Positions 55,616 through 64,000 of a stretch of 64,000 nt of DNA are shown here, piece by piece (the stretch's first letter is position 1; each line of letters begins with the position of its first letter). The notes under the pieces are model-generated. The model did not search any database. It was not told the DNA's origin and worked only from the letters and a program-made list of their open reading frames with translations. The DNA lies in NCBI GenBank assembly GCA_005239955.1, contig SBAW01000011.1, positions 6,924 through 70,923 on the forward strand. The letters are read 5' to 3'. Origin of the DNA: a bacterium. Lineage in GTDB: Bacteria; Patescibacteriota; Minisyncoccia; Phycocordibacterales; SBAW01. The position numbers and the translations under genes were made by a program.

Positions 55616-56010
55616 TGGTGGAGATGGGCGGAATCGAACCGCCGTTCAATGATGATTACCAGTGCGATCTTCAGTGTATAGATTGTCTTATATCTTTCAG
55701 CCTATCCTGTGAGAGACAATCAGAACCAGGATAGGCTAAAGTCCTTAGTCTCGACGCCGTGCGCGGACAACACGGTTCGCAGCCTCATGATATTACGCCC
55801 AGTCAAAGCTATGAGGCGTTGCCTTGATAGACGTCACTTAGGCCGTAGCGTAAGCGAAAGCAAAGCTGTTCCCCGAGAAATACGGAGAAACAAGTGATTT
55901 TGCCCGTGAAACTAGATTGTTTGCACGTGTGGTTTCCGGATTTTTACGAAGTTCCGGACTTCGACACTGCACGCAGGAGGTGCACGTCATTGTCTAGGCC
56001 GATCATCCCC
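55616..56010 (-). ncRNA. ssrA: tmRNA
   Basis: 5' GGGGATG and 3' GGTTCGATTCCGCCCATCTCCACCA with G3.U70; tag frame AKSLVSPYFSGNSFAFAYATA* (55903-55838); adjacent to smpB. Confidence 0.93.
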
Positions 56011-56110
56011 CGAGCGGGATCGACGATCAATGCTATTGATGATTCTCGCGATTCTTGTTCTGTCAGAAATGATCAGTTGTTCAGAATAATCGGAGAGTGA
56101 ATCCCACTCG
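56011..56110. repeat. About 100-bp imperfect palindrome between smpB and ssrA
   Basis: CGAGCGGGAT...ATCCCACTCG outer arms with inner IR. Confidence 0.5.
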
Positions 56111-56132
56111 GCGAACGGCCGGCCTAGATAAT

Positions 56133-56579
56133 TTAGTATTTCGTTTTCAACGAACGCTCCATAGATCGCTTTTCTTCCCGCGCCGCAATAGTCTGACGTT
56201 TGTCGTGCTTTTTCTTTCCTCGCACAACCGCGATCTGGAGTTTCAACTTGTGCCCCTTATTATACACCGAAACAGGGATAATTGTCAATCCCTTTTGGTG
56301 CTCATAGCCCCCCAGCTCCCCAATCTCCTTTTTGGTAAGGAGGAGGCGCCTGGGACGCGCCTCATCATAACTCTGCGGAGTGTTTTTCGGCTGATAGGGG
56401 GGAATGGCCATTCCCACAACAAACACCTCACCGCCGCGCACGAGTACCCGGCCACCTTCAAGTTTTCCATGCTTGTCTCGGAGTGCTTTCACCTCAAAGC
56501 CAAAAAGCTCTACACCGGCATCGTACTCGGCGAGAAATTCGTAGTTAAGGCGCGCTTTCTTGTTTTCTATCAGGCTCAT
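56133..56579 (-). CDS. smpB: SsrA-binding protein
   Basis: NKKARLNY, AGVELFGFEVKALR, RRLLL, RGKKKHDKR. Confidence 0.96.
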   Translation of the reverse strand: MSLIENKKARLNYEFLAEYDAGVELFGFEVKALRDKHGKLEGGRVLVRGGEVFVVGMAIPPYQPKNTPQSYDEARPRRLLLTKKEIGELGGYEHQKGLTIIPVSVYNKGHKLKLQIAVVRGKKKHDKRQTIAAREEKRSMERSLKTKY

Positions 56580-56704
56580 CCGGTAGTGAAATTTCTGCTT
56601 AGTAAATTAACGGCACTTCTGTGTACACGGAGTACCGGCGTACCTCTCAAAAATCGAGCTCAATCACTTACTGCACTTCGTGCGAGCCGAAATTCTACTA
56701 CCGG
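56580..56704 (-). mobile_element. 125-bp element at the smpB start codon, homologous to the secY element
   Basis: Minus strand GTGAGT-CCGGTAGTAGAATTTCGGCTCGCAC...GAAATTTCACTACCGG-ATGAGC. Confidence 0.8.
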
Positions 56705-56744
56705 ACTCACGCGCTGAATATAGCACGGCTTTTAAGACGGATGA

Positions 56745-57575
56745 CTAGCCGAGGAGACTGATCAACTCTTTCCGATATCGCATGGCGTCACTGATACCAG
56801 CACCAAACGAGAGCTGCAGTTTTTCTTTGTTACGTGTTGTGACATGAGCGGGCAGACGGTCGGCCGTCACACACAAAGTAGCGCCCGCTTCTTGGCACGG
56901 TGTTAAGGAAGCGAGGTCGTGCGAGATGGCGCGACGAAGACCTGGTGAAGAGAAAAGCCCATACAGGTGCAGCGCATACTGTACGAGCCGCCCTGCGTGG
57001 CGGTGGTCGTCAACAACCACAATTGAAGTTGCGCCGCGTCGCCTCGCTTCTCTGATATGGTCAGAAAGTGTGGGGCCGATTTCCCCATCGATATAGCGCC
57101 GTCCTTTCAATGTAATTTTTTTCCCGTAGAGATAAGGAATAGCTTTTGCTGCTCGCAAGAGTTCAAAGGGGTCGACAAGGCCGCTTCTCCAGTACTGCGT
57201 TTTCCCCGTTTTGGCGTTAGTGGTCGGGATGAGGCAGATGCTTTTTGTTTTCTCGAGCGCCGCAACGTCAAGTGGCAACCGTTTCTTGAATACCTCATCA
57301 ATCAAATAGTCGACGTCCATGATATGGCGAAGGCGGCGAAATGAAATAAAATCGGGCGCCCACGTGTCGTACTCCGTCCAAATCGAGCGCAAATAATCGT
57401 ACTGTCCGGCCGCAAAATAGAGAGCGTTCCCCGCATTCCCCGATGTTCCAATAAGGATATCGGGCGCCGTAATGCCAAGTTCCGCACCGAGGCAATAGAG
57501 GAATCCGGCGCCATGGGCGCTCCGCATGCCGCCCCCGGTGAGAATAAGCGCTGTCTTGCCGCGGTCAGAACCCAT
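56745..57575 (-). CDS. Patatin-like phospholipase
   Basis: LTGGGMRS, GTSGN nucleophile elbow, IDGE. Confidence 0.85.
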   Translation of the reverse strand: MGSDRGKTALILTGGGMRSAHGAGFLYCLGAELGITAPDILIGTSGNAGNALYFAAGQYDYLRSIWTEYDTWAPDFISFRRLRHIMDVDYLIDEVFKKRLPLDVAALEKTKSICLIPTTNAKTGKTQYWRSGLVDPFELLRAAKAIPYLYGKKITLKGRRYIDGEIGPTLSDHIREARRRGATSIVVVDDHRHAGRLVQYALHLYGLFSSPGLRRAISHDLASLTPCQEAGATLCVTADRLPAHVTTRNKEKLQLSFGAGISDAMRYRKELISLLG

Positions 57576-57996
57576 AATGGCGCAATGTACGGAAATTAAG
57601 GGCACTGTTGAGATAAAAACTCATGAACCCGGCGACAATGGATGCGGCAACGCGAGCGATATATACGTTTACCGCAAAAAATTCAACGAGTAGGGTGACA
57701 GTCGAAAGGACAAGAAGAAGGCTCGAGAAAAGGATAAGGAGAAAATATACATATCCAGTTCCAAGTGGTCGGGGACTGCCGCGAAACACCCATGCGCGGC
57801 ATAACCCATAGTGAGCCGTTGCCGCAATCACAAACGCGAGTGGTACCGCCACATAATAGGGAAGCGAGAGCAGGGTTATGAAAAAATATAAAAGGGTGAG
57901 ATCAAAAAGAAAGGATGAGATGCCGGAGGCTCCATAACGAACCAGCTGATGGAGAATTGAAAAAAGGTTACGAAGTGGCATTGCGGCGACTTTCAT
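57565..57996 (-). CDS. GtrA-family membrane protein
   Basis: QLVRYGASG..SFLFD, RAWVF; four TM segments. Confidence 0.8.
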   Translation of the reverse strand: MKVAAMPLRNLFSILHQLVRYGASGISSFLFDLTLLYFFITLLSLPYYVAVPLAFVIAATAHYGLCRAWVFRGSPRPLGTGYVYFLLILFSSLLLVLSTVTLLVEFFAVNVYIARVAASIVAGFMSFYLNSALNFRTLRHYGF

Positions 57997-58057
57997 CGTC
58001 GGTATTGGGCGAGACTGTTAAATGTAGAAAAATACGATATAGTACACTCCATTCTCT

Positions 58058-60001
58058 ATGGAAACTCCCCCAAATCATAGCCCGAAAAGCCCAAAAACAC
58101 CCCGCGGGAGGGGGAAGCTGTCCTTACCGCCCCGTCAACCCTTCTGGGTCAATTTTGGGTCAACCATCCTCATTTTCCTCCTTCTGGTGAGTCTCTACTC
58201 ATTCCTTTCCGACCGTGGTGAAGAGACGCAAGTCGTCCCTCTCTCGCAACTCGCGAGCGATATCACTTCCGGCTCTGTAACGAGCGTTAAAGTTTCAGGC
58301 GACGATCTCACCATTATCTACCAAGACGCCACCGAGAAGACATCAAAGAAGGAACCAGGGACGGCACTCTCCGACACGCTCTCAAACTATGGCGTAACGG
58401 CTGAATCACTGAAGAGTGTGGCGATCTCCATTGAAGAGGAAGGCGGTTTCCGGTTTTGGTTCCTGAGTCTAGCACCCTTCCTTCTGCCACTTCTTCTTAT
58501 TGGATTCTTTTTGTGGTTTCTCTCGCGGCAAGTGCGAGGTGCCGGCATGCAGGCGTTCACCTTCGGACAAAGCAAGGCGCGCGTCATTGACCCCAACGAC
58601 AAAAATCAGCGGGTGACCTTTAAAGATGTTGCGGGCGCAAAAGAAGCAAAAGAAGAACTCACCGAAATTGTTGACTTTCTCAAAAATCCTAAAAAATTTC
58701 TCGACATTGGTGCGCGGATCCCCAAAGGCATCCTTCTTATGGGTGCCCCGGGAACCGGAAAGACCTTGCTTGCGCGCGCGGTTGCGGGAGAGGCGGGTGT
58801 ACCATTCTTTTCTATCTCTGGTTCTGAGTTCGTTGAAATGTTTGTTGGTGTCGGCGCATCACGCGTCCGCGATCTCTTTAAACTCGCGAAAAAAGCCGCG
58901 CCCGCGATTATTTTCGTTGATGAAATTGACGCGGTGGGGCGCGTGCGCGGCACGGGAGTAGGGGGCGGCAACGATGAGCGTGAACAAACACTCAACCAAA
59001 TTCTCGTTGAGATGGACGGCTTTGAGCCCAATGAAAAAGTCATTGTCATGGCGGCAACGAACCGCCCCGACGTGCTTGACCCAGCACTCCTGCGGCCCGG
59101 CCGCTTTGACCGACGCGTCACGATTGACCTTCCTGACAGAGGTGACCGCGAAGAAATTCTCGCCATTCACACCCGCGAGAAGCCTTTGGGTGAAGATGTG
59201 AACCTTAAGGTTATTGCCGAGCGCACCCCCGGGTTCTCCGGCGCCGATCTTTACTCCCTTATGAACGAAGGAGCCATCCTTGCGGCACGCGAGAATCGCA
59301 AACAAGTGACGCAGTACGACCTCATTCGCTCAATTGAAAAGGTGATGCTCGGGCCCGAGCGCAAATCCCACGTCATGAATAAGAAGGAAAAGGAGATTAC
59401 CGCGTACCACGAAGGTGGGCACGCGCTCGTCTCCTCGGTTCTTTCCTATGCCGACCCGGTTCATAAAATTTCAATCATTTCTCGCGGCCGTGCTGCGGGG
59501 TATACGCTGAAGCTCCCCTTTGAAGACAAAAAAATGCAAAGCAAACGAGAGTTTCTCGACGACATTGCGTCTGCCTTGGGCGGCTACGTCGCCGAAGAGC
59601 TTACTTTTGGCGATATTACAACTGGTCCTCACAACGATCTTCAAGTTGCGACGGCGCTTGCGCGCGACATGGTGACGCGCTACGGCATGTCAGGAAAGGT
59701 GGGTGCCATGGCGCTTGAGGGAGAAGGGGGTCGCGCACTTTTTGGCCGTGGTATTCCCGAGCGCGGCGAATACTCAGAAAAAATGTCTGCGGAAATTGAC
59801 GGGGAAGTAAAGCGGATCATGGATGAAGCGCACAAGCGTGCAACAGACATCATCACGAAGCATCGCGATGCACTCAAAGCCATTGCCAGAAAACTTACTG
59901 AAGTAGAAACTATTGAACGCGAGGAATTCGAGAAGATTCTCGTGCTTCACGGCATTGAGCCGAAGCGTAAGTTAGACATCGAACACCAACCTATCGCTTG
60001 A
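58058..60001 (+). CDS. ftsH: ATP-dependent zinc metalloprotease FtsH
   Basis: [37 protein letters not shown]. Confidence 0.98.
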   Translation: METPPNHSPKSPKTPRGRGKLSLPPRQPFWVNFGSTILIFLLLVSLYSFLSDRGEETQVVPLSQLASDITSGSVTSVKVSGDDLTIIYQDATEKTSKKEPGTALSDTLSNYGVTAESLKSVAISIEEEGGFRFWFLSLAPFLLPLLLIGFFLWFLSRQVRGAGMQAFTFGQSKARVIDPNDKNQRVTFKDVAGAKEAKEELTEIVDFLKNPKKFLDIGARIPKGILLMGAPGTGKTLLARAVAGEAGVPFFSISGSEFVEMFVGVGASRVRDLFKLAKKAAPAIIFVDEIDAVGRVRGTGVGGGNDEREQTLNQILVEMDGFEPNEKVIVMAATNRPDVLDPALLRPGRFDRRVTIDLPDRGDREEILAIHTREKPLGEDVNLKVIAERTPGFSGADLYSLMNEGAILAARENRKQVTQYDLIRSIEKVMLGPERKSHVMNKKEKEITAYHEGGHALVSSVLSYADPVHKISIISRGRAAGYTLKLPFEDKKMQSKREFLDDIASALGGYVAEELTFGDITTGPHNDLQVATALARDMVTRYGMSGKVGAMALEGEGGRALFGRGIPERGEYSEKMSAEIDGEVKRIMDEAHKRATDIITKHRDALKAIARKLTEVETIEREEFEKILVLHGIEPKRKLDIEHQPIA

Positions 60002-60066
60002 TAAATACAAGCGCGGCCAGGACCCATAGGGTCCCGGCCGCTTGCGGCTTTCCCGCCTCGGTATCG

Positions 60067-60378
60067 TCACCCGAGGCGATGCAGGGCGTAGGCGGTGAAA
60101 AGAGCGTAGACGATCCCGGCGTAGGTGAGCACCTCCTTTGCCTCGGCACTCCCGACTGCCGCCCATCGGGCACCGGCGAGGCCAGCGGTCACGAGAGCGA
60201 GCAAGCCCGCAAAAGCGACAATCGTCCACCATATTCTGTTGCGCAGTTTCTTTTCGCCGACGAGCTGGACGACGCGAATCCACCACAGCAGAATGAGAAG
60301 GATGGGTGGCGGTTGCCACGAAGGTTGCCTGCCATCAGGCTCCTCTTCTCTCCGTCTGGTATCCACGAACAGGAACAT
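60067..60378 (-). CDS. Small orphan membrane protein
   Basis: SD GGGAGAGGAG; three hydrophobic segments. Confidence 0.45.
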   Translation of the reverse strand: MFLFVDTRRREEEPDGRQPSWQPPPILLILLWWIRVVQLVGEKKLRNRIWWTIVAFAGLLALVTAGLAGARWAAVGSAEAKEVLTYAGIVYALFTAYALHRLG

Positions 60379-60444
60379 CTCTCCTCTCCCTGTTTGACAC
60401 GTTATTCCTGACCATACCAACTTGATCCTCTTACCGTCAATCTT

Positions 60445-60470
60445 TGGTGTGCCCGCTTGGATTCGAACCA
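60445..60470 (-). pseudogene. Orphan tRNA 3' fragment (T arm, acceptor strand, CCA)
   Basis: TGGTTCGAATCCAAGCGGGCACACCA on minus strand; no 5' half. Confidence 0.65.
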
Positions 60471-60502
60471 TGGTATCATAGTCACTGATACTATTATTCA
60501 AC

Positions 60503-61186
60503 ATGGCACGGATCGAAGACAGAAACAAAGCTATCGCTCTTCGGCTGAAGGGGATGAGTTATTCCCAGATAAAGGAAAAGCTCGCTGCAAGTAAAAGCAC
60601 ACTGCATTACTGGCTTCGTGAGTATCCCTTACCGGAAGAGAGAATCAGACAGCTGAGAGATTGGAATGCGCAGCGGATAGAGCGTTTTCGTCAGACTATG
60701 GCTGAGAAACGAGAGTTGCGACAGTTAAATGTTCTAAAAGCAGTTGGGAGAAAAATTGGAGCTATTTCCCATCGCGAACTATTCATCGCAGGACTCTTCT
60801 TATATTGGGCTGAAGGAAGCAAGACTTCGCGCTATTCGATTTCGCTTACGAACACCGATCCTGCGATGCTCCGTTTTTTCATTCAATGGCTGAAAGCCCT
60901 TGGTGTCGACATTACGAGACTTCACGGGCGGCTTCATCTTTACACTGACATGGATGTCCGTAAACAAACTTTATTCTGGGCAAAACAACTCAATCTTCCC
61001 ATTTCAGCTTTTCGAAACCCATACATCAAACGGAGTGACTCAACTAAACGTCGCAATTACAAAGGACGTTTTGGCCAAGGAACCTGCTGTCTTCGTTTTT
61101 ATAGTCGAGACTTGGATGACCTCGTCTCTATGGGGGTAAAGGAACTACAGATGCGTTATTCCCTCAATACATTGAATATCAATTAA
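60503..61186 (+). CDS. HTH plus LAGLIDADG-like protein
   Basis: GMSYSQI..L..SKSTLHYW HTH; IAGLFLYWAEGSK...LTNTDPAMLRFFIQWL resembles a LAGLIDADG helix and strand. Confidence 0.65.
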   Translation: MARIEDRNKAIALRLKGMSYSQIKEKLAASKSTLHYWLREYPLPEERIRQLRDWNAQRIERFRQTMAEKRELRQLNVLKAVGRKIGAISHRELFIAGLFLYWAEGSKTSRYSISLTNTDPAMLRFFIQWLKALGVDITRLHGRLHLYTDMDVRKQTLFWAKQLNLPISAFRNPYIKRSDSTKRRNYKGRFGQGTCCLRFYSRDLDDLVSMGVKELQMRYSLNTLNIN

Positions 61187-61206
61187 AGGGCGGGTAAAGT
61201 GTGAGT

Positions 61207-61279
61207 GCGCCCATAGCTCAATGGTAGAGCATCCGACTTATACTCGGACGGTTTGCAGGTTCGAGTCCTGCTGGGCGCA
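61207..61279 (+). tRNA. tRNA-Ile (anticodon UAU)
   Basis: Acceptor GCGCCCA/TGGGCGC; anticodon stem TCCGA/TCGGA with loop CTTATAC; T loop GTTCGAGTC; CCA not encoded. Confidence 0.88.
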
Positions 61280-61283
61280 CCCC

Positions 61284-63440
61284 TCATTCGAAATGAAGCG
61301 TTTTGCGCTTGCGAGACACCTCTTCCGCAAGGTGAGGATACGTTGAGAGATCCGCATCCTTCTCAAGGGCTTCGTGTGCTTCTTCGCGCGCGGCTTTGAC
61401 CATGGCCATGTTCTTTAAGGCTTCCATTGCAACGTCTGAGAGTCCCCATTGCTTCCTACCATAGAGCTCTCCCGCACCACGCAGTTCAAGATCTTTTTCC
61501 GCGAGTTCAAATCCGTTAGCACTTTTTTCAAACGCCTTGAGCCGGAGGCTTACTGACTTCGTATCAATAAACGCAAAGCAGTGGGGTTGGTAGGTTGAGC
61601 GTTGTACACGTCCGCGCAGCTGATGAAGCTGCGCAAGACCAAAGCGGTCGGCGCCCTCAATAATGATGACCGTTGCATTGGGGACATTGACACCCACTTC
61701 AACCACGGAAGTTGCAACCAGAATATCGATCTCGTGGGCAAGAAAGCGCGCCATAATATCGTCCTTTTCTTTGGGCTTCATTTTGCTGTGAAGAATGGCA
61801 ATCCGCTGCCCCGGGAATATCTCTTTTTTGAGTCGTTCTGCTTCTGCCTTTACTGACTTTGCTTGGAGTGCCAATTCTTTTGCCGGATCAGGTTCATCAA
61901 TACGCGGACAAATAACGTAGGCTTGTCTTCCGCTCTTTAATTCTTCGCGCACTTTTGCATACACCCGCTCGCGATCCTGGGGGAGCGTAATTTCTGTTGC
62001 CACAATGCGTCGCCCCGCCGGAAGTTCGTCAAGAAGCGAGAGATCAAGGTCGCCGTAAACGGTGAGCGCCAAGCTTCGAGGAATCGGGGTCGCAGTCATG
62101 GAGAGAAGGTGGGGCGCCACTGCATCTTTTCTGACAAGTTCTTTCCGTTGAAGAGTCCCAAAACGATGCTGCTCGTCAATAACCACGTAGGCGAGGTTTT
62201 TAAACTTTACAGACTTTTGTATAAGCGCATGGGTGCCGATAAGGATCGGGATCTCGCCACTTCCGATCCATTTAAGAAGCTGCGAACGTGATATATCCGT
62301 GGCTCCTCCCGGATTTACTTTGGAGGGAAATTTCTTGCAGCCAGCCCCAGTTAAAAGACCAATGTTGACGGGCATATGACGGAAAAAGCTAATGAAGGAT
62401 TCAAAGTGCTGCTTGGCGAGAATTTCGGTTGGTGCCATGTAGGCAACTTGGAGGCGTGCAGACGGTGCGTCCTTGGGGCTCGTAATAACCGTTGCATAGG
62501 CGGTTGCCGCCGCAACGGCGGTTTTACCACTCCCTACGTCTCCCTCAAGAAGCCGTGCCATAGGTTTTCCACTTCGCATGTCAGCGAAGATGTCTTCAAT
62601 TGAGCGCCGCTGCGCACCCGTTGGCTCAAACGGGAATCGTCCAATAAACGCTTCAACTTCCTCAGGGCTCGGATCAATGACGACTGATTTGTTTGCCTCA
62701 AACGCTCGCCGATCTTGGCCTTTGGCGAGCTGAATAAGAAACACTTCCTCAAACGCAAAACGTTTACGGGCCGCCACGGCATCGGTGTCTTTCCGTGGCG
62801 TGTGAACCCACACAAGCGCCGTTTTGAGTGACGGAAGATTGTAGCGCTTCCGAATCTCTTCCGGGATGGGATCTTCAAGATTGTCGAGTATGCCACTTTT
62901 AAACGCTTTTTGTATCGCATGAAAAAACCAAAGACTTGTTACACCACGACTTTCCGGGTATACGGGGGCGATCGTCGCCTCGCCGCTGCTGTTTTGATTG
63001 CCTTGAAAAAGAGATTCGGCGGGGAGCGAAGAAGCATCGCCTCTCTCAACCGATGGATTCGCGACGTAGAGTTTCCCTGGTGTGCCAGCAATTTTGCCAG
63101 TCACTTTCACTACTGCCCCATCAGAGAGCATCTTGGCAAGATACGGCTGGTTAAACCAAATAATTTTTATTTTTCCCGAGGCGTCCGTGAGATACCCCTC
63201 CGCAATCGGCGTTTTTCTCTTCCACGCTTTACGCATTTTAAGTCCTGAGAGCGTGCCCACGAGTATTGCCTCCGTACCTTTTTCGAGACTCGCGACACTT
63301 TTCATGTCGCTTGTTTTGTCATAGCGAACTGGCAGGTGATACAGAAGGTCGCGCACACTCTCTATACCCAATTTTTTAAGTGCTCGCCGATGGATTTCGG
63401 AGAGCCGAAAATGGTTGCCGAGAGCATCGTGAGGATTCAT
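61284..63440 (-). CDS. recG: ATP-dependent DNA helicase RecG
   Basis: LEGDVGSGKT, IDEQHRFG, MTATPIPR, QLHQLRGRV, DLELRGAGE. Confidence 0.97.
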   Translation of the reverse strand: MNPHDALGNHFRLSEIHRRALKKLGIESVRDLLYHLPVRYDKTSDMKSVASLEKGTEAILVGTLSGLKMRKAWKRKTPIAEGYLTDASGKIKIIWFNQPYLAKMLSDGAVVKVTGKIAGTPGKLYVANPSVERGDASSLPAESLFQGNQNSSGEATIAPVYPESRGVTSLWFFHAIQKAFKSGILDNLEDPIPEEIRKRYNLPSLKTALVWVHTPRKDTDAVAARKRFAFEEVFLIQLAKGQDRRAFEANKSVVIDPSPEEVEAFIGRFPFEPTGAQRRSIEDIFADMRSGKPMARLLEGDVGSGKTAVAAATAYATVITSPKDAPSARLQVAYMAPTEILAKQHFESFISFFRHMPVNIGLLTGAGCKKFPSKVNPGGATDISRSQLLKWIGSGEIPILIGTHALIQKSVKFKNLAYVVIDEQHRFGTLQRKELVRKDAVAPHLLSMTATPIPRSLALTVYGDLDLSLLDELPAGRRIVATEITLPQDRERVYAKVREELKSGRQAYVICPRIDEPDPAKELALQAKSVKAEAERLKKEIFPGQRIAILHSKMKPKEKDDIMARFLAHEIDILVATSVVEVGVNVPNATVIIIEGADRFGLAQLHQLRGRVQRSTYQPHCFAFIDTKSVSLRLKAFEKSANGFELAEKDLELRGAGELYGRKQWGLSDVAMEALKNMAMVKAAREEAHEALEKDADLSTYPHLAEEVSRKRKTLHFE

Positions 63441-63477
63441 GTGCCACAGTATAGCCCGCTAGTGTATACTCTTTGCC

Positions 63478-64000
63478 ATGCCTGATTTTGGTAAACGCTC
63501 AATCGAGCTCCATCGGAAATTGCGCGGCAAGATTACCATTGAGAGTAAAGCGTCGATTCGCTCGCGCAAAGATCTCTCCCTCTTCTACACACCAGGTGTG
63601 GGAAGTGTGGCGAGTTACCTTGCGAAGCACAAAAAAGAAACAGACGCCCTGACGTGGCGGGGGAACACGGTTGCTATTGTGACTGATGGTTCGGCGGTAC
63701 TGGGGCTCGGTAACATTGGCCCCGAAGGAGCGCTTCCGGTTATGGAAGGGAAAGCGATGATCTTTCGGGAGTTCGCGGGAATAAACGGTGTTCCGATTGT
63801 GCTTTCAACACAAGACGTGGAGAAGATAGTGGTTGCGGTTAAAGCCATTGCTCCCTCTTTTGGTGCCATCAATCTTGAAGATATTGGTGCACCGCGCTGT
63901 TTTGAGATAGAAGAGCGCTTGAAACGCGAACTCAATATTCCCGTTATGCACGACGATCAGCATGGAACCGCCATTGTTATTCTTGCAGGACTTATGAACG
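63478..64000 (+). CDS. NAD(P)-dependent malic enzyme (runs off the window end)
   Basis: Translated by hand: YTPGVG, VTDGSAVLGLGNIGP, PVMEGKA, INLEDIGAPRCF, HDDQHGTA. Confidence 0.92.
   Translation, partial: MPDFGKRSIELHRKLRGKITIESKASIRSRKDLSLFYTPGVGSVASYLAKHKKETDALTWRGNTVAIVTDGSAVLGLGNIGPEGALPVMEGKAMIFREFAGINGVPIVLSTQDVEKIVVAVKAIAPSFGAINLEDIGAPRCFEIEERLKRELNIPVMHDDQHGTAIVILAGLMN

Noticed and set aside
1-64000. CRISPR array, cas genes, reverse transcriptase/DGR, integrase, rRNA
   Set aside because: No regularly spaced repeat-spacer array and no recognisable motifs for these were seen.
1-64000. Alternative genetic code (TGA read as Gly, as in Gracilibacteria/SR1)
   Set aside because: Conserved genes such as tpiA, recJ, ftsH and recG are full length under code 11 and end in TGA.

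Overview
Core-genome segment of a Patescibacteria/CPR bacterium, most likely Parcubacteria. This is inferred from the absence of rpmD (L30) between rpsE and rplO, an indel in S12, a tRNA-Ile(UAU), a trigger factor without the FKBP domain, and many apparently leaderless genes; genetic code 11. It carries the str/S10/spc ribosomal superoperon, a type IV pilus cluster, split comEC, tpiA-pgk, recJ, rnhA, nusA, ppa, ndk, ftsH, recG, infC-rpmI-rplT, smpB, tmRNA, a compact 6S RNA and hicBA. The unexplained signal is in the intergenic DNA. (1) A GIY-YIG nuclease gene sits inside a hairpin-TIR-gene-TIR-hairpin element upstream of rpsL, and an inverted gene-less copy lies between tuf and rpsJ, suggesting an autonomous/non-autonomous pair. 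(2) Two related elements of exactly 125 bp abut the secY and smpB start codons, and a 217-bp relative sits in frame in a prepilin leader. (3) A Y1/RAYT transposase between identical palindromes interrupts the S10 operon. (4) Relic, insertion-disrupted copies of the tpiA 5' end and fusA 3' end lie beside intact copies. (5) Several unannotated structured RNA candidates occur at 3365-4085 and upstream of tuf, rplC and rpsN. All calls come from manual reading and motif recognition; no searches or folding programs were run.
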